This document shows, piece by piece, positions 15,441 to 28,289 of a stretch of 64,000 nucleotides of DNA (its first letter is position 1; each line of letters starts with the position of its first letter). The position numbers and the translations under genes are program-made. Under the pieces are notes generated by a model. It searched no databases. It had not been told where the DNA came from and saw only the letters and a list, made by a program, of their open reading frames with translations. The stretch comes from Eledone cirrhosa (Eukaryota). The stretch is taken from contig OZ024742.1 in NCBI GenBank assembly GCA_964016885.1, forward strand, positions 189,348,001-189,412,000, read 5' to 3'.

Positions 15441-15476
<36 letters not shown>

Positions 15477-15589
15477 TATATATATATATATTATAGCTCT
15501 GATTTATCCAAATTATTGAGCCCTCTGCCACTCATATCGGATTTGTTTATCGTTAATTCGTGAGCTGATTTTCCGATACTCGATTATTC

Positions 15590-15630
<41 letters not shown>

Positions 15631-15715
15631 GTGAAAAATTGAACGGGAACAAAACAGAGAGGCAGTACGAACAAAGGTTTATTAGTTTCACGCTCTTGAG
15701 AGTGGGGTGGGGGTG

Positions 15716-15746
<31 letters not shown>

Positions 15747-15803
15747 CAAATAAAGATTCAGCGAGAATCGCATTTCGGCGGGCAGGAAAAGCGAAGCGAA
15801 ACG

Positions 15804-15846
<43 letters not shown>

Positions 15847-16071
15847 TAGTAAAAAGGAAAAGAAAATGGTGACAAATTTTTCCCAGTGAAAAATAGTTTA
15901 ATTAGGAATAAGTATAAATTAGTAATAAGTATTGGTTAGTATTTAGTTTTAGTTTTAAGTTTTTACCGGTTGCGCATTTCTAATGCTTTTCAAAAATAAT
16001 TTTGAGATAGAGCGCTTGTGATGTTTGCTCTAATCTGTATATATATATTTATATATATATATATATATATA

Positions 16072-16530
16072 TACGATATTAAATAAATGGAAACTATATT
16101 TATAAAACCATATTTATTTCATTATATATATTTCAGGGATATCATATTAACAATATGTTATGCCTTCCTCAGACAAAATACAATATAGACAGTTTTATAG
16201 ATAAATAGATTTGACATACCGTTCAACATCGACTTGTATTTGAAAAAGTTGATTTGGCAGATCAACTTTTTCAAATACAAGTCGATGTTGAACGGTATGT
16301 CAAATCTATTTATCTATAAAACTGTCTATATTGTATTTTGTCTGAGGAAGGCATAACATATTGTTAATATGATATCCCTGAAATATATATAATGAAATAA
16401 ATATGGTTTTATAAATATAGTTTCCATTTATTTAATATCGTAAATATACTCCAAATACTTGTTGAGTGCTTTTATATCAGTTATAAATATTTACTAGTTG
16501 TAACCCAACAATTTAAATATAACTTTCCAT
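16072..16530 (+). mobile_element. Long palindromic Penelope-like remnant, family P3
   Basis: 182-bp arms (16072-16253 / 16261-16442), 7-nt spacer, tail TACTC...GTTGAGTGC, (TA)n on both sides. Confidence 0.8.
16334..16399 (+). ncRNA. Type I hammerhead (mirror copy on - strand at about 16115-16180)
   Basis: TATTTTGT-CTGAGGA-AGG...CCCT-GAAA-TATATA-TA-ATGAAATA; palindromic stem III, AUA triplet. Confidence 0.75.
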
Positions 16531-17382
16531 ATATATATATATATATATATATATAACTTCAAAGGTCTTCGTCCCAAGGGCGACGGAGAACGGGGGGACA
16601 GAAAGCTCACAAGATGTCAAACCCAGATGTGCATGTGTGTAAAGATTGATTAAAGTAGGTAGCTAGGTTCGTAAACAGTCATTTTAATCTCATTCGTTAA
16701 TTTAACAGTTTAACTGTATTAAATACACGCGTGTTAAAAAGAACATGAGCACAGAAACGTGATTGTACTGGCAATTGAGATTTATGATGGTGATGATAAT
16801 GATGGTTATGATGATGATGATGATGATGATAATGGTGGTGGTGAAGGTGGTGGTGGTGGTAATGATGATAGTAAATATATATATATATATGTGTGTGTGT
16901 ATGTGTGTGTGTGCGTGTGTGTGAATCCTGGGTTCAATGGGGGGGGGGGGTAACTATCATTCATGTTTAATATAGAAATGGCTACTAGAGGACTAGAACT
17001 GTTTCATTCAAAAGAATTCATCAGGAAACCCTGATGATTTCTTTTATATATACATATATATATATACATACTATTAATAATCAGTTCAAAACTCAGGCAG
17101 TCCTTTACAATGAAATAGCTTACGTTTACAATACAAACACGGATATGTTGGTATTTGTGTTTATCAAATATATTAATTTATATTAACTTGTATATATATA
17201 CATATATTTATATTATTCAAAATAAATGAAGACGTTCACATATTCAAAATATATGTTTTATTATATACATTTCGGAGGTACTGTGCTGTTTTTTTTTCAG
17301 TACTTCCCCTTCAGAAAAAATACATGAATTGATGTATGACATACCTCAACTGTCTTGATGGTTCTATATAAATACATATACA

Positions 17383-17441
<59 letters not shown>

Positions 17442-17903
17442 TCACATACATACATACACACACACAAACACACACACACACACACATACACATATATATA
17501 TATATATATATATGAGGAGGAGGTTATAGTTCACTTGAAGCATTGTGTAATGAGGTATAAACGTTTGAATATGTGTAATAAGGCCAAAACAATGCAGGTA
17601 TGGACATAGAAAAAAGAATGCAATAGTAAAAGAATTCGTCTTTCACCTTGAATTTATTTAAATGTCCTTAATTTTCGAGATAATATCTCTTCTTCGGAGG
17701 GAAATAAAGGTCTCAAACCAGCGTCTTAAATCTCTAGCCAAGCTATTCTGACCGGAAATAGTATAGAGTATCTGTTCTAACTCTAATATATATATATTAA
17801 AGCGAAGAAATACCAACGAAGGCTGGAAGATCACTGATGAAGGACTAATTTTATTCATATGTAACCCATGTGCAACAACCACGCAGCACGCCATTTTTTC
17901 ATA

Positions 17904-17947
<44 letters not shown>

Positions 17948-17949
17948 TA

Positions 17950-18062
17950 CAGGGTGTCCCCAAACAATGTATACACACTTCAACAACATTCTAATAAATA
18001 TTGCTGGTACAGATAATCTCAAAGTGTGTATACATTTTTTTTGGGGGGGGGGGGGAATCCTG
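17950..18062. mobile_element. Tc1/mariner-type MITE
   Basis: TA|CAGGGTGTCCCCAAACAATGTATACACAC ... GTGTGTATACATTTTT...CCTG TIRs; second copy at about 21406-21510. Confidence 0.65.
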
Positions 18063-18436
18063 CATATATATATATACGGAGAGAGAGAGAGAGAGAGGGA
18101 GAGAGAAAGAGAGAGAGGGGGAGGGGGGAGAGAGAGAGAGAGTTTTGTTATAATATACTGATATAGGTGCGAAAACTGATAATTCTATGGTAAACAGCAG
18201 GAGATGTTGTAGAATGAACCTCTTACAAATATGTTCCAATGAAATAGTCATAAATGTGACTGACGACTGTGACAACGATGTTGACGACGATGATAACGAT
18301 GACGATGGCGATGACGATGGCGATGGCGATGACGATGGCGATGACGATGACGATGGCGATGACGATGGCGATGACGATGGCGATGACGACGGTAGTTCTA
18401 ATGATGAGAAATGACGAGAAGGTGCATGGCGATAAC

Positions 18437-18473
<37 letters not shown>

Positions 18474-18875
18474 AAAAAAAAACCGTATAAAAACACGAAT
18501 AACACACGTAACGTACACATACATGCACAAACACACACAGACAAACACACACACAGACAAACACAGACAAACACACATTTCACACACAGACAGACACACA
18601 TAATGTATTCATAAATGTTTTATATATTTGTTGCAGCATTCACGCGTTAGCATGCATGCATGATGCATGCTGATGCACCACGCCTCATGCATAATAATAA
18701 TAGTAATAATAATAATAAAATAATGATAATGGTGGTTTCTTTATTAGCCACAAAGGGTGACATTAAAAATACATTATAGACAACACAGGTGGGGGGGGGG
18801 GTCATGTAAAAATTTGTTTAACAAACTCAGCAAACGTGGATGAATTATAACAAAAAAATGTTCCCCCTAAATAAT

Positions 18876-19468
18876 AATTGTTTCTGCTTTTGGCACAAGG
18901 CCAGCAATTACCCCAGTGCATTACTGGTACTTTGTTTTATCGACCGCGTAAGGATGAAACGCAAAGTTAACGTCGACGGGATTTGAACTCAGAACGTAAA
19001 GGGACGCAACTCTGTGCTGCAAAGCATGGCGTCTATACCCTCTACCGATACTGCCAATACACCGCTCTAATAATAATTGTTTCTACTCTTGGCACAAGGC
19101 CAGCAATTACTCCAGTGTATTACTGGTACTTTATTTTATCGACGCCCTAAGGATGAAAGGCAAAGTTAACCTCGGCGGGATTTGAACTCAGAACGTAAAG
19201 GGCCGCAAATCTATGCTACAAAGCATGGCGTCCTATACCCTCTTATAATAATGATTTCTTATATAGGCACAAGGCCAGAAATTTTGAAAGAGGGGAAAGT
19301 CGATTAAATCGACCCCAGTGCGTGACTGGTACTTTATTTTATCGACCCCGTAACGATGAAAGGCAAAGTAAACCTCGGCGGGATTTGAACTCAGACCGTA
19401 AAGGATCGTAACTCTGTGCTGCAAGGCATGGTGTTCGAATCTACAGATACTGCCAATCCACCACTCTA
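18876..19468 (-). mobile_element. Three head-to-tail Meta-domain-like SINEs
   Basis: GGCACAAGGCCAG...GGATTTGAACTCAG unit repeated at about 18890, 19090 and 19266, each joined by (TAA)n. Confidence 0.85.
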
Positions 19469-19899
19469 ATAATAATAATAATGGTTTCTTTATTAGCGAC
19501 ATAAAGGGCTCACATTAAGGAGACATTAAAGACGGTACAGAACGATAGATACAGTGTGGGTTTTTTTTTAGTAGAATACAATTTATAATATAGATTAAGA
19601 AAATAAACATTTAAAATCAACAAACATAACAAATTCCTCAAAGGTGAGGGGACTCCAGCGATTTACTCGTAGAGAAAGCCCTCAAAAGCAATAATAATAA
19701 CCCTTTCATTCTTCTGGTGTTGATAAAATAATGTACCAGTTAATTATTGAGGTTGATTGAATTTTTCCGATTTCCCCTCTCCCAAATTACTGGCCTTGTG
19801 CATAAATTAGAAATTATTATTATTAGCAACGGCAGGAAATCCTCTCGATGTTGAGAACTACCAAGAGCCCCCCACCCCTCTCATCCTTCAACTATATTT

Positions 19900-20280
19900 A
19901 TGGAGGAACAGCCATTTTAACCACGTGTACATGTACGTCACAAAATCCCACAACGTCAGCCCACGCAAGTTTGACGTCACAGCTGCTGAGAAGCAAGCAC
20001 TGGAGAAAGAAAGAAAGAAAGAATGAAAGAATGAAAGAATGAATGAATGAAAGATAAACGATAGTTATTGTTGCAGTGGGCGAAATAAATAGAATGTTAA
20101 CTCTATTAACATTCATAAAAGAGGGATACCCCCATTTTTATATTTGCCTTATCGCTGGCGTTCCCCTTCCTTCTCCAGTTTCCCTCTCTCTCCTCCTCCT
20201 CCTCCTCCTCCCCTATATCTACCAAACATCGCCACCACCACCACCATCACCACCGCCGTCGCAACGACCAGCATTGTGAT
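19900..20280 (+). promoter_or_regulatory. Candidate CRE-rich promoter/enhancer
   Basis: TGACGTCA at 19972, ACGTCA half-sites at about 19935 and 19953, CACGTG at 19922, GCCATTTT at 19911, CATAAAAG at about 20114, all in non-repetitive sequence. Confidence 0.35.
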
Positions 20281-20854
20281 CGCTAACAATTTATCGATTA
20301 TTTTTAATCGAGGAATTTATTAGATGAATTTAAATAAGAAATATAATAAGGCCATATTCTGTAATGTTTTAGTCTTCGAAGATTTAAGCCATCAGCTACC
20401 CTACCTATCACATTGTTATTTAATAAATAATTTTAATGGTGAACAATTTTACAATATTTTTACAATAGAATGCACACAAACAAACCTTTTTCTGGTTACT
20501 TAATTTCGTTTTTGTCTTTCTTTATATCTTTCATATTTCCACCATTGTATAACTTCTTTTTGTTATATTTGTAATGTTATCTACATAACAGCGAATAATA
20601 AAACTCTTTTATATAATTTTAAAAAATAAAGAAAAATGAAATAAGGGGGAGAAGACACGCACACAAAACATGTGGTATTGGGGCCTAATATATTTTGAGG
20701 CAAGCTATAGTATAAAAAAGTTAATGCAAACCAATACACACGCAGCATTAACGCGAATGATAGCGAGGCTAAAACGCTTGGAATAACCAAGCACCCCCAC
20801 GGGCATAAATAATAGCATTGGAATGTGTGTATGTATGTATATGTGTTTATATAT

Positions 20855-21032
20855 ACATTCATTTTTATTGAGGCTAAAATGTGAGTCTTATTACTCTGGA
20901 GTTTCACCTGTTTATCACCATCTTGTCTGACGACACTGTGATAAACAGGCGAAGCTCCAGAGTAACAACACTCAAATTTGACCCTTAATAAAAATGCATA
21001 TTAAGACACTACTTCGGTATTAAGTACACCCA
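20855..21032 (+). mobile_element. Hairpin Penelope-like remnant, family P8, with near-complete hammerhead at 20921-20970
   Basis: TCTTGT-CTGACGA-CACTGT-GATAA-ACAGGC-GAAGC-TCCAGA-GTA-ACAACA; the opposite arm retains GAAAC and ATAAGA. Confidence 0.7.
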
Positions 21033-21037
21033 TACAT

Positions 21038-21257
21038 GAGGGGGCGCTGAAAGTTTCCTTGCTATGGGTAAAAGAAAATACAGGAGGATCAGTTAATTAT
21101 AATTTTATTCAATATATTCCTCTCTTAGATACACATATTGATTGTAGCGGGTCTTCAGTCTTTCTAAGCCCTGTAAAAAGATATCGGTAGATTGGGCCTC
21201 AAACCAGACCCCTGTAACTGCGATAATCGAGCCAGGAACATTTCATCATCTCCTCGT
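21038..21257. mobile_element. Mariner (irritans/Hsmar2-like TIR) MITE
   Basis: GAGGGGGCGCTGAAAGTTTCC ... GGAACATTTCATCATCTCCTCG imperfect TIRs. Confidence 0.55.
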
Positions 21258-21261
21258 GTGT

Positions 21262-21404
<143 letters not shown>

Positions 21405-21535
21405 TACAGGGTGGGTGTACCCAAAGAATGTATACACACTTCAACTGCATTCTAATAAATATTGCCTGTACAGGTAATCAAAGTGTATATACATTTTTGG
21501 GAACATCCTGTATATATAAATATATATATATATAA

Positions 21536-21608
<73 letters not shown>

Positions 21609-21694
21609 CATATATACACATCTGGAGGTGTGATGTCGGTGCTGACAATTATATATAAATTACAGCGAATATGTTTCCTATAACCTCGCCACAT

Positions 21695-21766
<72 letters not shown>

Positions 21767-22014
21767 GATAAATCTACCAAGAGTTTACGACAATGCAAAT
21801 GGGTAAATCTCCGGGTAACAAGGTCCGTATACTCTTCCCTTCATTCTACACATCTCACACGTCTTATACACACCACGCATCTCAACGTACACCCACTTAC
21901 ATCTCTCTCTCCACCACCGGACCTTGTTACCCGGAGATTTACCCATTTGCATTGTCGAGGCTTCCAAACGACTTAAAGATATAAATATATATATGTATAT
22001 ATATATATATATAT

Positions 22015-22393
<379 letters not shown>

Positions 22394-22653
22394 ATGTGGC
22401 GAGGTTATAGGAAACATATTCGCTGTAATTTATATATAATTGTCAGCACCGACATCACACCTCCAGAACTTTTCCAACCTGTTGTCCGCTATAAGAATTA
22501 AAAACAATATGCATTCGCTGTTGGTTATACATTCTTCTCTGTGTACAAAGGTTTCTCTCTTGGGTTGTTAATATCACGGTATTAAAACCTCTGGAGAGGA
22601 CGTAATTACAGCGAAGGCTGGGGTGTAGCGTGCAAAACAAAAACCCTTTAAAT

Positions 22654-22841
22654 CAGGTATGTAAGATGCGGTTCGCGGGCCGCGTGCGCCCCTTTACAAG
22701 CACACCTGTAAAAACAGCGTGAGCGTTATATAAAATAAAAAATATTAGTTGTAATGTGCACAATTAGTTGTCATGTGTGGCCCTCCGACAACACATATGC
22801 GACCCATGTGCACCTCGGGGACCCTCAGTTTGACATGCTTG
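22654..22841. mobile_element. hAT-type MITE
   Basis: CAGGTATGT...ACATGCTTG termini with a near-identical 8-bp TSD (CTTTAAAT/ATTTAAAT). Confidence 0.6.
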
Positions 22842-23089
22842 ATTTAAATAAAAGGGGCTCTTGGTAGAGAGAAGGTTCTAGAGGTGCAGTTATAGAAAGA
22901 ATAGCGAGAGCAGAAGGTAAAGTTTGGAATGAAGTAAAATTGAGGCACTGTTATGATAACAAGCTAAGATATGTTGTAATATCTACAGAGCATTGGTATT
23001 AGGCTTAGATACCAAATATAACTGAAGATTGAGATGGTGAGGTGGGGGACAAGATATATTGTAGTCGGTCACTTCGGCACCAGTATTAC

Positions 23090-23282
23090 AACCACTACTG
23101 CTACTACTGTTGTTACTACTACTACTACTACTACTACTACCACTACTACTACTACCACTACTACTACTGCTACTACTGCTACTAATTCTGCTGCTGCTAC
23201 TACTACTACTACTACTACTACTACTGATGCTGCTACTACTACTACTACTACTACTACTACCACTACTGCTACTACTACTCTG

Positions 23283-23339
<57 letters not shown>

Positions 23340-23407
23340 TTACTACCACTACTACTACTACCACTACTGCTACTACTGCTGCAACTACTACTACTACTAC
23401 TACTACT
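23090..23407. repeat. (CTA)n/(CTG)n trinucleotide array
   Basis: Read directly; a similar array lies at 48325-48775. Confidence 0.95.
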
Positions 23408-23571
23408 TATTTCAATCATTAGACTGTGACCTTGCTGGAGCAGCGTTATGATTTAGTCGATCATATCGAACCTCAGTACTTACTTTTTCAAATCACGGAC
23501 TATCGATCTCTCTTTTATTTTTGTTGAACCGCTAGGTTACGAGACATAAACAAAGACACAAATAAACCTAA

Positions 23572-23611
<40 letters not shown>

Positions 23612-23811
23612 ACACACACACACACAAGGGTCTGCTGAAAAATCCATAAGCTGGCCAAGATACTCTCATGGAATGACCAAATGAGATTTATTTTTCAAAA
23701 TAGTGCCTGGAAAGAAACAATACAGTTATTAATACGAAGAGATAAAATTAATGCATATATATTTATATATATATATATAGATAGATAGATAGATATATAG
23801 ATATAGATATA

Positions 23812-24012
23812 TAACGAAGGAAATGTGGTAAGGAACCAGATGGACCATAACGCACCAGAGTACTCAATATTTAGGGTAGTAGAGTGGGTAATAGGAAAAA
23901 GTATGACCCCAACGGCAGAGCTCAAGCCGTTTCGACGGCTATTTCTGGAAATAGTCCAGAAATAGCCGTCGAAACGGCTTGGGCTCTGCCGTCGGGATCA
24001 TACTTTTTCCTA
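23812..24012 (-). mobile_element. Family P2 hairpin remnant
   Basis: ~58-bp arms around GAAATAGTCC; hammerhead 3' half GAAACGGC...GCCGTC; tail on the left with GTACTCAATA...AGAGT. Confidence 0.7.
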
Positions 24013-24044
24013 TATATATATACATACATACATATATGTAATAT

Positions 24045-24076
<32 letters not shown>

Positions 24077-24077
<1 letters not shown>

Positions 24078-24281
24078 CAATGATATTAAATAAATGGAAA
24101 CTATATTTATAAAACCATATTTATTCTATTATATATATTTCAAGGGTACCAAAAAATATATATAGTTTCCATTTATTTAATATCATTGAATATTTACTCC
24201 AGAAATACTGTCGAGTGCTCTGAATCAGTTATAAACATTTATAATTGTTGTATTTCCAACAAATTAAATATCCCTTCTACT
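24077..24281 (+). mobile_element. Family P3 hairpin remnant
   Basis: Asymmetric arms plus tail TACTCCAGAAATACTGTCGAGTGC. Confidence 0.7.
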
Positions 24282-24758
24282 TATATATATATATATATAT
24301 ATATATAGGCATATGAGGGGAATTTGGTAGAAGGAAACTGCCCGTCGTATATATATATATATACGACGGGCAGTTTCCTTCTACCAAATTCCCCTCACAT
24401 GCCTATGGTGGCACACACAGTGGAACTGAACTCAGAACCATCTCTCTGGTTACCGAACACCTTAACCACTCATCCATACTTGCACCTATACTGTATAAAA
24501 ATAATAATATATTATATATATAATATTTATATCTTATCGCTGTTCTCCTACCGTTATCAACATCGCGTGTAAGCAGACATTGTATAAGTACATATGACAC
24601 TTGATTAGCTAAAAATGGAATAAGGAAGGAACAAGACAAAGATAAATTAAAGAAAGAGGCGTAGGAATGGCTCTGTGGTTAAAGAGCTTGCTTTGGAATC
24701 GTATGGTTTCGGGTTCAGTCTCGTTGCTAGGTACTACAGACAAGTGTATTCTACAGTA

Positions 24759-24954
24759 CGAGGGTCAGCTGAAACTTTCATAGGCTGACCAAGATACTCT
24801 CATGGAATGACCAAATGCTGTTTATTTTTCATCATAATCCCTGTAAAGAAACAATGTAGTTATTAATAAGCGCGGTTGAAATTAATGCATGCAAGATTTC
24901 ACAGCTCTAGCATCAATCCTTCATAATCAGCCTATAAACTTTTCAACACCCTCG
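24759..24954. mobile_element. Mariner-type MITE with TA TSD
   Basis: TA|CGAGGGTCAGCTGAAACTTTCATAGGCTGA ... TCAGCCTATAAACTTTTCAACACCCTCG|TA; relatives at about 23626-23755 and 25141-25306. Confidence 0.75.
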
Positions 24955-25387
24955 TATACGTATGTGTGTGTATATATATATATATAAACTTTAATCTGTT
25001 ATTTTAATAATATATATATATATATTATTAAAATAACAGATTAAAGTTTAAGCAAAGAATCGCTGCTTTCACCCTTAACGGGATCTTCTGAAACTAAAAA
25101 AGTCAATCTGTGAACGCAGAAGTAAATATTATATATATATAAGGGTCGTCAGAAAAGTTCATAGGCTGGAATGACCATATGAGGTTTATTTTTTAACATA
25201 GTCACTGGAAAGAAACAAAGTAGTTATTAATAAGAATAAGAACGGTTGAAATTAACGGATGCAACATTTCACAGCTCTAGCATCACTCCTTCATAGCTGA
25301 CCCTCGTAGTTTCGAGTTTACCAATGCCTTGTAAGTGGAATTTGGTTGACGCAAACCGCAGAAGCCCGTCGTGGTGTGTGTTGTGTT

Positions 25388-25745
25388 TCTTCTTCTTCTT
25401 CTTCTTCTTCTTCTTCTTCTTCTTCTTCTTCTTCTTCTTCTTCTTCTTCTTCTTCTTCTTCTTCTTCTTCTTCTTCTTCTTCTTCGCTCACTTATTCCTG
25501 AGGATTTTTTGTGGACAGAGTCATCAAAGACTCTATCTAGCAGGTCCTCCAAGCGTCTCCAACCACTCCAGCTGGATCCCCAAGTGAGAACAGCCAAACT
25601 CATGTATGTTATCCAACAATTTTGCTCGAGGTTTTCCCCTGGGTCTCCTGCCGGCTGGTTTTACCCGTAAAACCTGTCCAGCGATTCCTCTTTCCTGAGA
25701 TATTCTAACCACATGTCCATAGTAACAAAGCTGTGATCTCTAAAT
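25388..25745 (-). mobile_element. RTE-clade LINE 3' end with (GAA)n tail
   Basis: - strand: RSQLCYYGHVVRISQER..GQVLRVKPAGRRPRGKPRAKLLDNI...LGIQLE. Confidence 0.8.
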
Positions 25746-27680
25746 TCAGAGATTCTTTCCTGAGACATTCTAACCACATGCCCATAGTATCGGAGCTGTG
25801 ATCTTTCAATTCAGAGATTCTTTCCTGAGACATTCTAACCACATGCCCGTAGTATCGGAGCTGTGAACTCTCAATTCGGAGATTCTTTCATGAGATATTC
25901 TAACCACATGCCCATAGTATCGGAGCTGTGACCTCTCAATTCGGAGCTTCTTTCCTGAGACATTCTAATCACATGCCCGTAGTATCGGAGCTGTGATCTC
26001 TCAATTCAGAGATTATTTCCTGAGACATTCTAACCACAAGCCCGTAGTATCGGAGCTGTGAACTCTCAATTCGGAGATTCTTTCATGAGATATTCTAACC
26101 ACATGTCCATAGTATCAGAGCTGTGATCTCTAAATTCAGAGATTCTTTCCTGAGACACTCTAACCACATGTCCATAGTATCGGAGCTGTGATCTCTCAAT
26201 TCGGAGATTCTTTCTTGAGACATTCTAACCACATGCCCATAGTATCGGAGCTGTGATCTCTCAATTCAGAGATTCTTTCCTGAGACATTCTAACCATATG
26301 CCCGTAGTATCGGAGCTGTGATCTCTCAATTCGGAGATTCTTTCCTGAGACATTCTAACCACATGCCCGTAGTATCGGAGCTGTGAACTCTCAATTCGGA
26401 GATTCTTTCATGAGATATTCTAACCACATGCCCATAGTATCGGAGCTGTGACCTCTCAATTCGGAGCTTCTTTCCTGAGACATTCTAATCACATGCCCGT
26501 AGTATCGGAGCTGTGATCTCTCAATTCAGAGATTCTTTCCTGAGACACTCTAACCACATGTCCATAGTATCAGAGCTGTGATCTCTAAATTCAGAGATTC
26601 TTTCCTGAGACACTCTAACCACATGTCCATAGTATCGGAGCTGTGATCTCTCAATTCAGAGATTCTTTCCTGAGACATTCTAACCACATGTCCATAGTAT
26701 CGGAGCTGTGATCTCTAAATTCAGAGATTCTTTCCTGAGACACTCTAATCACATGCCCATAGTATCGGAGCTGTGATCTCTCAATTCGGAGATTCTTTCC
26801 TGAGACATTCTAACCATATGCCCGTAGTCTCGGAGCTGTGTTCTCTCAATTCGGAGATTCTTTCATGAGATATTCTAACCACATGTCCATATTATCGGAG
26901 CTGTGATCTCTCAATTCGGAGATTCTTTCCTGAGACATTCTAACCACATGCCCGTAGTATCGGAGCTGTGAACTCTCAATTCGGAGATTCTTTCATGAGA
27001 TATTCTAACCACATGCCCATAGTATCGGAGCTGTGACCTCTCAATTCGGAGCTTCTTTCCTGAGACATTCTAATCACATGCCCGTAGTATCGGAGCTGTG
27101 ATCTCTCAATTCAGAGATTATTTCCTGAGACATTCTAACCACAAGCCCGTAGTATCGGAGCTGTGAACTCTCAATTCGGAGATTCTTTCCTGAGACATTC
27201 TAACCACATGCCCATAGTATCAGAGCTCTGATCTCTCAATTCGAAGATTCTTTCCTGAGACATTCTAACCACATGCCCGTAGTATCGGAACTGATCTCTC
27301 AATTCGGAGATTCTTTCCTGAGACATTCTAACCACATATCCATAGTATCGGAGCTGTGATCTCTCAATTCGGAGATTCTTTCCTGAGACATTCTAACCAC
27401 ATGTCCATAGTATCAGAGCTCTGATCTCTCAATTCGAAGATTCTTTCCTGAGACATTCTAACCACATGCCCGTAGTATCGGAACTGATCTCTCAATTCGG
27501 AGATTCTTTCCTGAGACATTCTAACCACATATCCATAGTATCGGAGCTGTGATCTCTCAATTCGGAGATTCTTTCCTGAGACATTCTAACCACATGTCCA
27601 TAGTATCGGAGCTCTGATCTCTCAATTCGGAGATTCTTTCCTGAGACATTCTAACCACATGCCCATAGTATCAGAGCTAC
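25689..27680. repeat. 65-bp tandem satellite (~30 copies) derived from RTE coding sequence
   Basis: Unit GAGATTCTTTCCTGAGACATTCTAACCACATGCCCATAGTATCGGAGCTGTGATCTCTCAATTCG; reverse strand encodes RIERSQLRYYGHVVRMSQERI. Confidence 0.95.
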
Positions 27681-28289
27681 GATTTAGTGGTTCAACAAAA
27701 AAAAAGGTATCGATGAAAAAAGTATCAGACTTAATACCATCAGTAGTGGAGATCGATATGACCGACTCAATCAATGCTCCGCATCACCCCAGACTGGTGA
27801 TTGAATCGAATAAAATAATAATAAAATAATAACAAAATTAAAATAGTGTTATGTCTATTTATTTATGTGATCAATTCTGGGTTCAAATACATACAACTTG
27901 TTTCTTTGGAATATATTTCGCTGTAAGAGAAAAGAGAAGGAAAACGAAATATTATCATTAAGATGATGTCGATGTTGTTGTTGTTAGTGGTGGTGGTGTG
28001 TGTGGGAGGGAGGGTGTTATAGTGGTGGTGGATGTCGTTGTTGTGGTGGTGGTTATAGTGTTGGTGGTTGTTATTGTTGTTGTTGTGGTGGTGGTGGTTG
28101 TGGCGGTGATGGTGGTTATAGTGCTGGTGGATGTTGTTGTTATAGTGTTGCTAGTTGTTGATGTTGTTGTTGTGGTGGTGATGGTGGTGGTGGTGATTCA
28201 GAAGGGAGGCAAATGGTGATTGGACCGTAACAGCTAGAATCACCACAATATTTAAAGAGTCCCAAATAATTATTTTACAACTATAAATA

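Noticed and set aside
18187-18475. Asp-rich acidic ORF suggestive of a biomineral protein
   Set aside because: It is a GAT/GAC/GGC trinucleotide array with no signal peptide or convincing splice context.
19380-19468. tRNA gene (A/B boxes)
   Set aside because: The boxes belong to SINE heads; no cloverleaf can be formed and they continue into SINE body sequence.
25689-27680. CRISPR-like regular array
   Set aside because: Units are contiguous with no unique spacers, no cas genes are present, the context is eukaryotic, and the unit derives from RTE coding sequence.
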